The notes beneath the pieces were generated by a model that was given only the letters and a program-made list of their open reading frames with translations, was not told the origin of the DNA and did no database searches. A stretch of DNA of 64,000 nt from Nitrospirota bacterium (GTDB taxonomy: Bacteria; Nitrospirota; Thermodesulfovibrionia; Thermodesulfovibrionales; UBA9159): contig CAVOUE010000004.1 of assembly GCA_963699545.1 (NCBI GenBank), positions 64,001 through 128,000 of the forward strand, read 5' to 3'. Below are positions 37,955 through 47,513 of this stretch, one piece after another (the stretch's first letter is position 1; each line of letters opens with the position of its first letter). Both the position numbers and the translations under genes were made by a program.

Positions 37955-39323
37955 CTACTTGATCCCGTACTTCTGGAGCCTATGCCTGAAGGAACGGAAG
38001 GAAAGGTTCAGCAGTTTTGCGGCATCGGTCTTCACCCCGTCGGCGAGGGCAAGGGCCTCAAGGAGATATCGCTTCTCGAGTTGCGCTATCAATGTTTCCA
38101 GATCGATGCCCTCTTTTGTCAGATCGGGAACCGCCTTTGCTTCAGGCGAGGAACTTGCTATCTCTGACGGCAAGTCCTCGACGGATAGCTCTTCTTTATC
38201 TGCGGACATGAGAAGAATTCTCTCCAGAACATTCTCCAGTTCCCTCACGTTTCCCTTCCACGCGTAGTTGATGAGAAGGTTCATGGCGTTCTGTGATATC
38301 TTCTTCTCCGTCGACACGAATTTCTTGATGAAATGCTCAATGAGCAAAGGGATATCCTCTTTTCTCTCCCTGAGAGGAGGGATATGCAGATGGATAACAT
38401 TCAGGCGGTAGTAGAGGTCTTCACGAAAGCGGTGTGATGCGACCTCTTCCGTCAGGTTCTTGTTCGTTGCCGCGACGATCCTGACGTCGACCTTGATGTC
38501 ACTTGTGCCCCCAACCCGTCTGAAGATGCCGTTCTCGAGCACCCTGAGGAGTTTTGCCTGGAGGTTCACGGGCATCTCTCCTATCTCGTCCAGGAAAAGA
38601 GTGCCTTTATCAGCTATTTCAAAGAGTCCCTGTTTGTTTTCGACTGCGCCTGTGAACGCACCTTTCATATGTCCAAACAGCTCGCTTTCAAGGAGACCCT
38701 CCGGAAAAGCCGCACAGTTAGAGGAGAACAAAGTTGTTCTTCTGCCGACGGCTCAGATCGTGAAGTAATTTTGCAATGAAGTCTTTGCCTGTTCCGCTCT
38801 CCCCGGTGATAAGGGCACTGGCGTTGCTCTGCGCGACCTTATGCAGCACGTTGAGGAGTTCATGCATTTTCGCACTTCGGTAAACAAGATTTTCCAGTTT
38901 ATACTTTGTCTGCAGCTCTTCCCGCAGGATCGAGACTTCTCCCCTCAATTTCCGCTTTTCAAGGGCATTTCTCACCACCAGCCGTATCTCATCGATCTTG
39001 AAGGGCTTGTGAATGTAGTCATATGCGCCGATCTTCATAGCCTCGATCGCCGACTCTGTGGTGCCGAAGGCGGTCATCATGACCACCAGTGTTTCCGGCG
39101 AGATCTGCTGCGCCTTTTTCAGTATCTGGAAGCCACTGACCCCGGGCATCTTTATATCAGTGATGATGAGGTCAAAGATGTCACGGTTCAACCATCCCAG
39201 TCCCTCTGTCCCGTCCCTGGCTGTGGATACTTCGTATCCTTCCCCTTCGAGCAGGATCTTCAGGATCTCACGCATGTTCTTCTCATCTTCGATGACCAGT
39301 ATCTTGCTCTTCCGTTCTTCCAT
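37955..39323 (-). CDS. pilR: Sigma54-dependent response regulator, PilR-like; frameshift near 38725
   Basis: Receiver domain, [31 protein letters not shown]-terminal HTH; follows pilS. Confidence 0.9.
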
Positions 39324-39348
39324 GGATATCTCTCCGTAGGTGGGCAGG

Positions 39349-40992
39349 TCAGGAAATGCCCGTCTTGATGAGACCCCCTTTCGCTGTCCGGTCCTGTGCA
39401 TGGGAATGTTCCGGGGAAAGAGGCAAGACCACCGAAAAGGTGGTTCCCTGTCCCGGGACGCTCTTCACCGTGATCTTCCCCTTGTGTTCTTCGACGATCC
39501 GGTACGCAATGGAAAGGCCGAGTCCGGTGCCCCTATCCTTGGTGGTGAAGAAGGGAAAGAATATGTCCTTCAGGTTCTCCTTCGGAATTCCCGTGCCGGA
39601 GTCCTTTACCGAGATAAGGACGGTGTCCTTGAGGTTCCTGGTGCTTATAGCCACCTCTCCCCCTGCGGTCATGGATTCAACGGCGTTCATGCCGAGATTC
39701 AGAAAGACCTGTCGAAGTTTTTGGGGATCTGCAACGATCACGTTCTCTCCCGAGAAATCCTTCTTTATCGTTATCGTGTCGGTATTCATGGTGGCGCTTT
39801 TTATAAGTTCAATGATCTCGTCAAGCATGGAGTGCAGGTCAAACCTGAAGAATTCGAGATCTTTCGGCCTTGAATAGGTGAGAAAATCGGTGATGATTGT
39901 GTTTAACCTGTCCATTTCACTCAGGGCGATATTCATGAGCTTCGCCCCGTGGTCTTTGGTGAGGGTCCCTTCCTTGAGCATTTCTATGGAGCCTTTCAGC
40001 GACGCAAGGGGGTTCCGTATCTCGTGGGCCATATTGGCGGAAATTTCACCGATAGCGGCAAGGGTCTCTTTATGCTTCAGTTCTGCCTCAAGTTTCTTTA
40101 GCTCCGTGATATCCTGAAAGATGCAGATGTACCCTGTTCTGTGCTCACTGCTGTCCGTGGATGCCGAAATACTAAGCCCCACGGTCCGAGAATCTCCGTC
40201 CAGCGCGATGAGCCCTTCGCTCCTCTGTGTCTCCAAGGGCGGCTTGATAAAGGGGAATATCTCCACGATATTCTTTCCTACCGCATATGAGCGCTGAACC
40301 CCCACGATGTTCTCCGCCGCCCGGTTAAAGATCAGGATCTTTCCCGAAAGGTCGGTGGTGAGGAGGCCGCTCGGGAGCCCCTCAATGAGCTCGCGGTTAA
40401 AATAGGTAAGGTCTCTCAGGTCGGAATCCGTCTCCGCGAGCGTCAGCGATGTCTTTTCCAGCCGTGACGACATGTACCCTGTGAGGTACGCGGTGAGGTA
40501 AAGCGAGGTGATGTGTGAGAAGATGTTATACAGGAAATCCTTCTCCCTCACCGAAAAATCGTAGGCGACCGGGATAACCCGGTAAAACTGAAGATCGATC
40601 ATCAGACCGTAAAGAATACTGCATATGGTGGCAGTGATGAATCCTGCCTTTTTGTTAACGGTTATCGCCGAGGCGATAACCGTTAACAACATGACAAAAG
40701 AGAACCAGCTCTCGATACCTCCTGTCACGAGGATAAGTGCAATGGCCGCAAGCGCATCCACCGACAGCTGGACGTATGCATAGGCGACGAGATTTTTTAC
40801 GCGGGAGAGGATAATGGCATAGAGAACGGACAGGAGGTACAGGGGTATGATGATATAGAGGATTGCGTGGGGGTAGGGGAAACGGTAAAAACCTATTTCG
40901 AATACGAGGAACGTTCCGAGGAGCAGGGTCACAAAAAAGGCCCTGAGTATGATCAGGGCCTTCAGGCGCTTGAAAAGGGTGGTATCCTCCAT
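39349..40992 (-). CDS. pilS: PAS sensor histidine kinase, PilS-like
   Basis: N-terminal TMs, AHEIRNPL, D.G.GI, FFTTK..GTGLGL; downstream of pilC. Confidence 0.88.
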   Translation of the reverse strand: MEDTTLFKRLKALIILRAFFVTLLLGTFLVFEIGFYRFPYPHAILYIIIPLYLLSVLYAIILSRVKNLVAYAYVQLSVDALAAIALILVTGGIESWFSFVMLLTVIASAITVNKKAGFITATICSILYGLMIDLQFYRVIPVAYDFSVREKDFLYNIFSHITSLYLTAYLTGYMSSRLEKTSLTLAETDSDLRDLTYFNRELIEGLPSGLLTTDLSGKILIFNRAAENIVGVQRSYAVGKNIVEIFPFIKPPLETQRSEGLIALDGDSRTVGLSISASTDSSEHRTGYICIFQDITELKKLEAELKHKETLAAIGEISANMAHEIRNPLASLKGSIEMLKEGTLTKDHGAKLMNIALSEMDRLNTIITDFLTYSRPKDLEFFRFDLHSMLDEIIELIKSATMNTDTITIKKDFSGENVIVADPQKLRQVFLNLGMNAVESMTAGGEVAISTRNLKDTVLISVKDSGTGIPKENLKDIFFPFFTTKDRGTGLGLSIAYRIVEEHKGKITVKSVPGQGTTFSVVLPLSPEHSHAQDRTAKGGLIKTGIS

Positions 40993-40995
40993 TGA

Positions 40996-42210
40996 CTACT
41001 TTATGAGAGTGATCAGTTTGAAGATGGGAAGATACATGGCGATAACGATGAAACCAACGGCTGTGCCGAGGAACACCATGAGCAGAGGTTCCATCATGGC
41101 GGTGAGGTTGGCGACTGCATTATCCACTTCATCGTCGTAAAAGTCCGCGATCTTGCTGAGCATGGCGTCCAGGGCGCCTGTGGATTCTCCCACTGCTATC
41201 ATGTGGGTAACCATGGGGGGGAAGACCTTTGCCTTGGTAAGGGGTTCCTCGAGAGTCTTTCCCTCCGCAACGGCCTTTCTGACGTCCATGACCGCATATT
41301 CGACCACCTTGTTGCCGGCGGTCTTAGCCGTGATCTCGAGGCCGTCGAGAATCGGCACACCGCTGCTCACCAGGGTGCCCAGCGTGCGGGTGAATTTTGC
41401 GACAGCGACCTTGGTGAGGATGGCGCCGAAGATGGGGAGTTTCAGCAGAAGGGTGTCAATGATCTTCTTCCCCTTTTCGGTCTTTCTTACCTGCACGATA
41501 AAAACGATAACTCCGACTATCACTGCCGCGACGAGGACACCGCCGATGCCGGCGAGAAAGTTGCTCATAGTAATGACCAGACGTGTCGGGCCGGGAAGGG
41601 TACCACCCATGGTGGCGAACATCTTCGAAAAAGTGGGGACCACAAAGATCATGATGACAGTGATAACCCCGACAGCAATGGAACTGACGACGGCGGGATA
41701 GATCATGGCGCCCTTGACCTTTTTCTTGAGCTTCATCGCCTTTTCGATATATGCGGCGAGTCTGTTCAGAATGGTGTCGAGAATACCACCTGCTTCACCG
41801 GCGGCCACCATGTTGACATAGAGCTCCGAGAATATCTTAGGGTGTTTCTTGAGGGCATCAGCATAGGTGGAACCGGACTCCACATCTGCCTTTATTACAA
41901 TGAGGGCTTTGGCCAGTGCCTTGCTTTCGACCTGTTCCGAGAGGATCTCAAGCCCCTGCACAAGGGGTAAGCCTGCGTCTATCATGGTGGAGAACTGCCG
42001 TGTAAAAACCACGATATCCTTGTCCTTGACGCCCGAACCAAGAAAGCCCAGGAGTGGGGTCTTCCCGGCCGCCTTTTCAGTAACGATCGTGGCGGTAATA
42101 TTCTTTCGTCTGAGCTGTGTTATAACATCTTCCCGTGACGCCGCAACCATCTCTCCTGACTCGACGTTGCCTCTCATCGTTTTCCCCGACCACTGGAATG
42201 TTGTGGGCAT
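40996..42210 (-). CDS. pilC: Type IV pilus platform protein
   Basis: FTRQF.TM..AG.PL, AGE.GG.LD, GE.TG.LD.ML, AMYLPIF. Confidence 0.95.
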   Translation of the reverse strand: MPTTFQWSGKTMRGNVESGEMVAASREDVITQLRRKNITATIVTEKAAGKTPLLGFLGSGVKDKDIVVFTRQFSTMIDAGLPLVQGLEILSEQVESKALAKALIVIKADVESGSTYADALKKHPKIFSELYVNMVAAGEAGGILDTILNRLAAYIEKAMKLKKKVKGAMIYPAVVSSIAVGVITVIMIFVVPTFSKMFATMGGTLPGPTRLVITMSNFLAGIGGVLVAAVIVGVIVFIVQVRKTEKGKKIIDTLLLKLPIFGAILTKVAVAKFTRTLGTLVSSGVPILDGLEITAKTAGNKVVEYAVMDVRKAVAEGKTLEEPLTKAKVFPPMVTHMIAVGESTGALDAMLSKIADFYDDEVDNAVANLTAMMEPLLMVFLGTAVGFIVIAMYLPIFKLITLIK

Positions 42211-42212
42211 TT

Positions 42213-43301
42213 CTATCCCCTCCCTTTCGAAGTGCTCGATACCCGTTGGATCATCGTGAGCAGCTCTTCGGGTACCATCGATCGACCAATAGCCTCTTCA
42301 TAAGAGATCAACCCCTTTGTATAGAGTTCAAAGAGCGACTGGTTCATGGTCTGCATTCCCGACTTTGACTGTCCGGTCTGCATCTGGGAATAAATCTGGT
42401 GCACTTTGTCTTCCCTGATAAGGTTGCGTATGGCAGGATTCGGTACGAGTATCTCCACCGCCATCACCCTGCCGTGCCCGCTTCTCTTGGGGAGAAGCTG
42501 CTGGGAGAGTATTCCCTCAAGAACGAAGGACAGCTGAACCCTTATCTGTTCCTGCTGGTGGGACGGGAAGACATCGACGATTCGGTTGATGGTCTGGACG
42601 GCTGAGTTCGTATGCAGGGTTGCCAGCGTCAGGTGTCCTGTTTCGGAGACCGTCAATGCTGCTTCAATGGTCTCCAGATCACGCATCTCACCGATCAGGA
42701 CCACGTCAGGGTCCTGCCGGAGGACGTACTTCAGGGCTGCCTTGAACGAGATGGTGTCGGCGTTCACCTCTCTCTGGTTTATGAGGCATTTCTTGTGGCC
42801 ATGGAGGTATTCGATGGGATCCTCCACCGTGATGATGTGATCGTACCGTTCATCATTGATACGGTCTATCATGGCCGCAAGGGTGGTCGATTTTCCACTT
42901 CCGGTCGGTCCTGTGACGAGAATGAGGCCCCGTGGCTTCCTCACCAGTTCATTGACTATGTCCGGTAACATAAGGTCATTGAATGTCCTTATGGTGAAGG
43001 GAATGGTTCGGAAGGCGCCTGCCACTGCGCCCCGTTGCATGAAGATGTTGGCCCTGAACCTGCTGAGTCCTTTTATCCCGAAGGAAAGATCAAGCTCGCT
43101 GTTCTCTTCAAAGCGGTGCTTCTGCGCATCCGTCAGGATGCTGTAACAAAGGGCCTTTGTGTCGGTTGGGCTGAGAACAGGATGATCCATGCTCGACAGC
43201 TTTCCGTCAACCCTCAGCCTGGGCGAGGAGCCGGTCGTGATATGGAGGTCGGATGCGCCACTTTCGATCATGTTCTTCAGCAGGTCATATAACGTTGCCA
43301 T
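42213..43301 (-). CDS. pilT: Type IV pilus retraction ATPase
   Basis: ASDLH, GPTGSGKSTT, EDPIE, LRQDPD, AIRNLIRE, GMQT. Confidence 0.97.
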   Translation of the reverse strand: MATLYDLLKNMIESGASDLHITTGSSPRLRVDGKLSSMDHPVLSPTDTKALCYSILTDAQKHRFEENSELDLSFGIKGLSRFRANIFMQRGAVAGAFRTIPFTIRTFNDLMLPDIVNELVRKPRGLILVTGPTGSGKSTTLAAMIDRINDERYDHIITVEDPIEYLHGHKKCLINQREVNADTISFKAALKYVLRQDPDVVLIGEMRDLETIEAALTVSETGHLTLATLHTNSAVQTINRIVDVFPSHQQEQIRVQLSFVLEGILSQQLLPKRSGHGRVMAVEILVPNPAIRNLIREDKVHQIYSQMQTGQSKSGMQTMNQSLFELYTKGLISYEEAIGRSMVPEELLTMIQRVSSTSKGRG

Positions 43302-45130
43302 TTAGTATCCCCTAGTTCTCCAAAAGTTACTCTCAATACCTCTTCTATGGAGGTAACGCCATCTTTAATTTTTGTCAGGCCGCTCATCCTCAGGGTCTTT
43401 GTCCCCAGCCGAACGGCGGCCTTCTTGATCTCGTTTGCAGAGGCGCCTTCAAGGATCAGTTCCCTGATTTCATCGCTGATCGGCATCACCTCGTACAGGG
43501 CTATTCTCCCCTTGTATCCCGAATTGTTGCATATGGCACAGCCTTTACCCCTGAAGCATTTGAGGGTCTTTGCCTCCTCTTCAGAGAAACCGATCTTGAC
43601 AAGAGCCTGAGCAGGCGCCTTTTCCTCTTCCTTGCACTGCTGACATACCTTCCGTGCAAGCCTCTGGGCCAGGATAAGGATGACCGATGACGAGACGAGA
43701 AACGGCTCGATACCCATGTTCAGAAGCCTGCTAATGGTACTCGGGGCATCGTTGGTATGGAGCGTGCTCAGGACGAGATGGCCGGTGAGGGCCGCCTTGA
43801 CCGCGATCTCCGCCGTCTCAAAATCCCTGATCTCTCCTACCATGATGATATCAGGGTCCTGCCTGAGGAACGACCTCAAGGACGATGCAAAGGTAAGGCC
43901 TATCTCTTCCCTCACCTGAACCTGGTTGATCCCCATAAAGTTATACTCCACCGGGTCCTCAGCGGTCATGATATTGATTCCCGGCTTGTTCAAGTGGTTC
44001 AGCGCAGAGTAAAGAGTTGTGGTCTTTCCGCTTCCGGTGGGGCCGGTCACGAGGACCATGCCATAGGGTTTCTCGATAGCTTCCATGAAGTCCTCAAGCT
44101 GTTTTTTCTCAAACCCCAATTTCGTGAGGTCGACCTGGAGGTTTGCTTTGTCGAGGAGCCTGAGAACGGTCTTTTCACCAAACAGCGTCGGCAGTGTCGA
44201 AACGCGAAAGTCAATCTCTCTCTTCTTTCCTAGTTTCAGCTTGATCCGTCCGTCCTGAGGGAGCCTCCGCTCCGCGATATCGAGCCTTGACATGATCTTC
44301 ACCCTGGAGGTGAGGGACGCTCTTATCTTCGGGGGCAGGCTCATCACTGTGTACATGACGCCGTCAACCCTGTATCTCACCCTCATGGAACTTTCATAGG
44401 GCTCCAGATGAATATCGCTCGCTCCGGCCTTTATCGCATTTACGAATATTCCGTTCACCAGCTTGACGATGGGCGCCTCCACATCTTTGACAACCTCTGC
44501 GTCTTCCCTAACTTCCACGACATCGATGGTATCGAGAGCGCTTCCCACGATCTTGTCGAATTCATCCACATCCACGCTCGGCCCATCCTCCGAACCCATC
44601 GGCGGACCCTCATTCCCTTCCATCTCCTCGTCAGTAAGTGTGTAGTCTCTCGCCTGCACCGCCTGCGATGAGCTCGTCTTTTTTGAAGCTACCAGGCCGT
44701 CCCCCCCTTTTGAATAATTGTTGGCGATGGCACTGATGATTGCGGATTCCGCAGCAACGACCACTTCAACATTGTATCCCGTCATGAACTTCACATCGTC
44801 AATGGCAAATACATTTGAGGGATCAGCCATTGCGATCGTAAGGGTAGCTCCCACTCTTGCAATGGGCATGATAAGATATTTTCTCGCCATTTCGAGGGGG
44901 ATGAGTTTTACGACAGTGAGGTCAATGGTGTATTCTGAAAGGTTTATGGCCGGCACACCGAACTGCTTGGAGAGAAATGAGACCAGCTTGTCCTCGGTGA
45001 TGTACCCCAGTTTGGCGAGGTTGGTGCCGAGCCTGCCCCCCTCCTTTTTCTGGAGGCTCAAGGCTTGTTTGAGCTGTTCCTCGGAGATGATATTCGAGGT
45101 GATCAGTATTTGACCGAGCTTAGCCACCAT
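43277..45130 (-). CDS. pilB: Type IV pilus assembly ATPase (true stop probably near 43313)
   Basis: MshEN-like N-terminus, ASDIH.EP, RLPQDGR, GPTGSGKTTT, tetracysteine motif. Confidence 0.96.
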   Translation of the reverse strand: MVAKLGQILITSNIISEEQLKQALSLQKKEGGRLGTNLAKLGYITEDKLVSFLSKQFGVPAINLSEYTIDLTVVKLIPLEMARKYLIMPIARVGATLTIAMADPSNVFAIDDVKFMTGYNVEVVVAAESAIISAIANNYSKGGDGLVASKKTSSSQAVQARDYTLTDEEMEGNEGPPMGSEDGPSVDVDEFDKIVGSALDTIDVVEVREDAEVVKDVEAPIVKLVNGIFVNAIKAGASDIHLEPYESSMRVRYRVDGVMYTVMSLPPKIRASLTSRVKIMSRLDIAERRLPQDGRIKLKLGKKREIDFRVSTLPTLFGEKTVLRLLDKANLQVDLTKLGFEKKQLEDFMEAIEKPYGMVLVTGPTGSGKTTTLYSALNHLNKPGINIMTAEDPVEYNFMGINQVQVREEIGLTFASSLRSFLRQDPDIIMVGEIRDFETAEIAVKAALTGHLVLSTLHTNDAPSTISRLLNMGIEPFLVSSSVILILAQRLARKVCQQCKEEEKAPAQALVKIGFSEEEAKTLKCFRGKGCAICNNSGYKGRIALYEVMPISDEIRELILEGASANEIKKAAVRLGTKTLRMSGLTKIKDGVTSIEEVLRVTFGELGDTKWQRYMTC

Positions 45131-45287
45131 ACCCACTACGATATATGAAAACGCCGTTGATGTCAACTCTGAATGTCAACTATCTAACCCCCCGATGTCC
45201 TGCGATTTTTCTTCTCTTTCGAAACTGGGCCACAGGAAGTCGGTTGCGGTGCTATTTTTGCGGCAACCTGCGGAGAAGGATGGAGGT

Positions 45288-46871
45288 TCAGGAAGACCCT
45301 CTCGCCAGTTTCCTGTTGGTGAAGAATTGCTGGATAATGCTCAGAACGTTATTCACAAGCCAGTAGAGCACCAGACCGGAGGCAAAATTGAGGAACATAA
45401 AGGTGAATACCACCGGCATCATCATCATCATCCTGTTCTGCTTGGGGTCGAGGGAAGTGGGGGTCATCTTCTGCTGTATGACCATGGTAATTCCCATGGC
45501 CAGGGGCAAGGGCCCTACTGCGAACCCTCCGAGTAAAGGAAACCATGCAGGTATGTGACCGAAAAGCGTGTCAGGCCCCGAAAGGTCGGTTATCCAGAGG
45601 ATGAATGGGGCGCCCCTCAACTCAATGGCGACCATAAGTACCTTGTAGAGGGCAAAGAAAACAGGGATCTGGAGGAGCATCGGCAGGCAGCCGCCCACGG
45701 GATTCACCTTGTATTTCTTGTACATCTCCATGGTCTCTTTCTGTAGTTTCTGCGGGTCCTTCTTGTGTTTCTCCCTCAGTTCAGCGATCTTGGGCTGAAG
45801 TTCCTGCATCTTCCTCATGGATTTCTGGCTCTTGTTGAGGAGGGGGATGAACGGCACCCTCACCACAATCGTGAGGAGGACGATGGCCCACCCGTAATTG
45901 CCGAGGAATTTGTAGAAGAACTTCAATATCCAGAATAGGGGCCTTGACAGGATGGAGAAGAACCCGAAGTCGATGATATGCTCGAGGCCGACGTTCAGCT
46001 CCTGCAGGCGGTCGTAGTCCTTTGGCCCTGCGCAGACAAGGAAGTTGTTCTCCCCGGATTTCACCTTCAGCGCCAGGACAGGGGAATCCTGAACCTTCCA
46101 GGCCTTTGCTTCAACGACCTGACCGGACGGAACAATGGACGCAAAGAAATATTTGTCTTCCTGCGCGATCCACCTCAGACCTTCCCGGTATACTTTCTGT
46201 TCATTAAGCTTCTTGGCATCCAATTCTATGCGGTCCGTGTCTTTGAGAATAACGGGGCCGATATGGGGAGCGGAAGAATCTTTGGTATCGAATATGCCGA
46301 AATCCGAGCCAAGGGTAATCCAGTACTCGGAAAGGCCGCTCACTTCATCTTTAAGGTCGAATTTATACCGGTCACCATAAAAAGTGTACGTTCTCCTGAC
46401 GGACAATTGAGGTGTGGCATATTCAAAGATGATGGTGCCTGTCTGGGAGGTCTTGAGGGCCATGTCGCCCCCCCTCACGGTGAAAATGACCCTGGCGAGT
46501 CCGAAATCATCCTTTTCTCCCAGACCGAGGGCGGGAAACATTTCCTGGGGCTTCAGAAGGGAGACAGGGACCCCGTTTTCTTTATACGTCTTCAGGTCGA
46601 ATTTCTTGATCGTGCCGCCCCTTGAGCTAAGGGTAGCGATATAAAGCCCTGTATCGACCGTCACATCCCTTCCTGCCCGGGACGCCTCTTCTACGACCGG
46701 AGGAACAGTAGCCGGTGGAGGTTCCTTCTTGGCAGACCCGGTCACCGTCTCTGTCTTCGGCGGAGGTGGAGCCTGTTGCTGGGACGGTGTTTGAGCGAAG
46801 AAATACTGGGACCCTATCAGCACCACGAGTGCCAGCACAACAGCGAGAAGCGTTCGTTTATCGATATCCAT
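45288..46871 (-). CDS. yidC: Membrane protein insertase
   Basis: GNYGWAI, NP.GGCLP.L.QIPVF, WITDLS.PD, SGLVLYW. Confidence 0.97.
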   Translation of the reverse strand: MDIDKRTLLAVVLALVVLIGSQYFFAQTPSQQQAPPPPKTETVTGSAKKEPPPATVPPVVEEASRAGRDVTVDTGLYIATLSSRGGTIKKFDLKTYKENGVPVSLLKPQEMFPALGLGEKDDFGLARVIFTVRGGDMALKTSQTGTIIFEYATPQLSVRRTYTFYGDRYKFDLKDEVSGLSEYWITLGSDFGIFDTKDSSAPHIGPVILKDTDRIELDAKKLNEQKVYREGLRWIAQEDKYFFASIVPSGQVVEAKAWKVQDSPVLALKVKSGENNFLVCAGPKDYDRLQELNVGLEHIIDFGFFSILSRPLFWILKFFYKFLGNYGWAIVLLTIVVRVPFIPLLNKSQKSMRKMQELQPKIAELREKHKKDPQKLQKETMEMYKKYKVNPVGGCLPMLLQIPVFFALYKVLMVAIELRGAPFILWITDLSGPDTLFGHIPAWFPLLGGFAVGPLPLAMGITMVIQQKMTPTSLDPKQNRMMMMMPVVFTFMFLNFASGLVLYWLVNNVLSIIQQFFTNRKLARGSS

Positions 46872-46872
46872 A

Positions 46873-47082
46873 TTATTTTACCGGATCGTAGCCACCAGGA
46901 TGAAAAGGGTGGCACTTCAGTATCCTCCGGAGGGAGAGATACAGGCCTTTCAGGGTTCCGTATTTTCTTAGTGCCTCTATGGAATAGACGGAGCAGGTGG
47001 GCAGAAACCTGCAGCTTTGCGGAAGAAAAGGCGAAAGGAGATACTTATAAGCTCTCAGTATCAGAACAAATATTTTCGCCAT
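46873..47082 (-). CDS. yidD: Membrane protein insertion efficiency factor
   Basis: CRF.PTCS.Y and [16 protein letters not shown]. Confidence 0.96.
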   Translation of the reverse strand: MAKIFVLILRAYKYLLSPFLPQSCRFLPTCSVYSIEALRKYGTLKGLYLSLRRILKCHPFHPGGYDPVK

Positions 47083-47186
47083 AGTTTCTTCCCCGGCCTC
47101 ACCAGAGGGGTACAGGTGCACAATGTACAGGTTGACTTTGAATGCGCTCAGGGAATTCAAGGTCGGTGACCTGCGGGGAAGGGAGG

Positions 47187-47327
47187 TTAAACGACTAAGC
47201 GCTTGCGTCCCTTAGCCCGTCTTCTCTGCAGGGTTCTCCTGCCTCCCTTTGTGCTCATCCTCTCCAGGAAGCCGTGCGTCCTTTTCCTTTTTATCTTATG
47301 TGGGCGGAATGTTGTGTACGTTCCCAT
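47187..47327 (-). CDS. rpmH: 50S ribosomal protein L34 (not in the ORF track)
   Basis: Manual translation [46 protein letters not shown]. Confidence 0.97.
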   Translation of the reverse strand: MGTYTTFRPHKIKRKRTHGFLERMSTKGGRRTLQRRRAKGRKRLVV

Positions 47328-47513
47328 AATTTTCCTCGACCGCCAGTATAAACGGTAAGAACGTATAAAGTCAAGTTAGTAAAGAAGCGCAAGAAGCGGT
47401 CTGCGAATAATATGACAGCGATTCGGATCGACAACGCGTGATACGCAGGCGGCTCAATTTTGGCCCCGCGATTTTAAGTTGAACTTGTGCCACTCCATCG
47501 GTTAATATTTTGT

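Noticed and set aside
43277-43320. Extended PilB C-terminus overlapping pilT
   Set aside because: Removing one A restores ...TFGD-stop before the pilT start, so this is probably a sequencing insertion.
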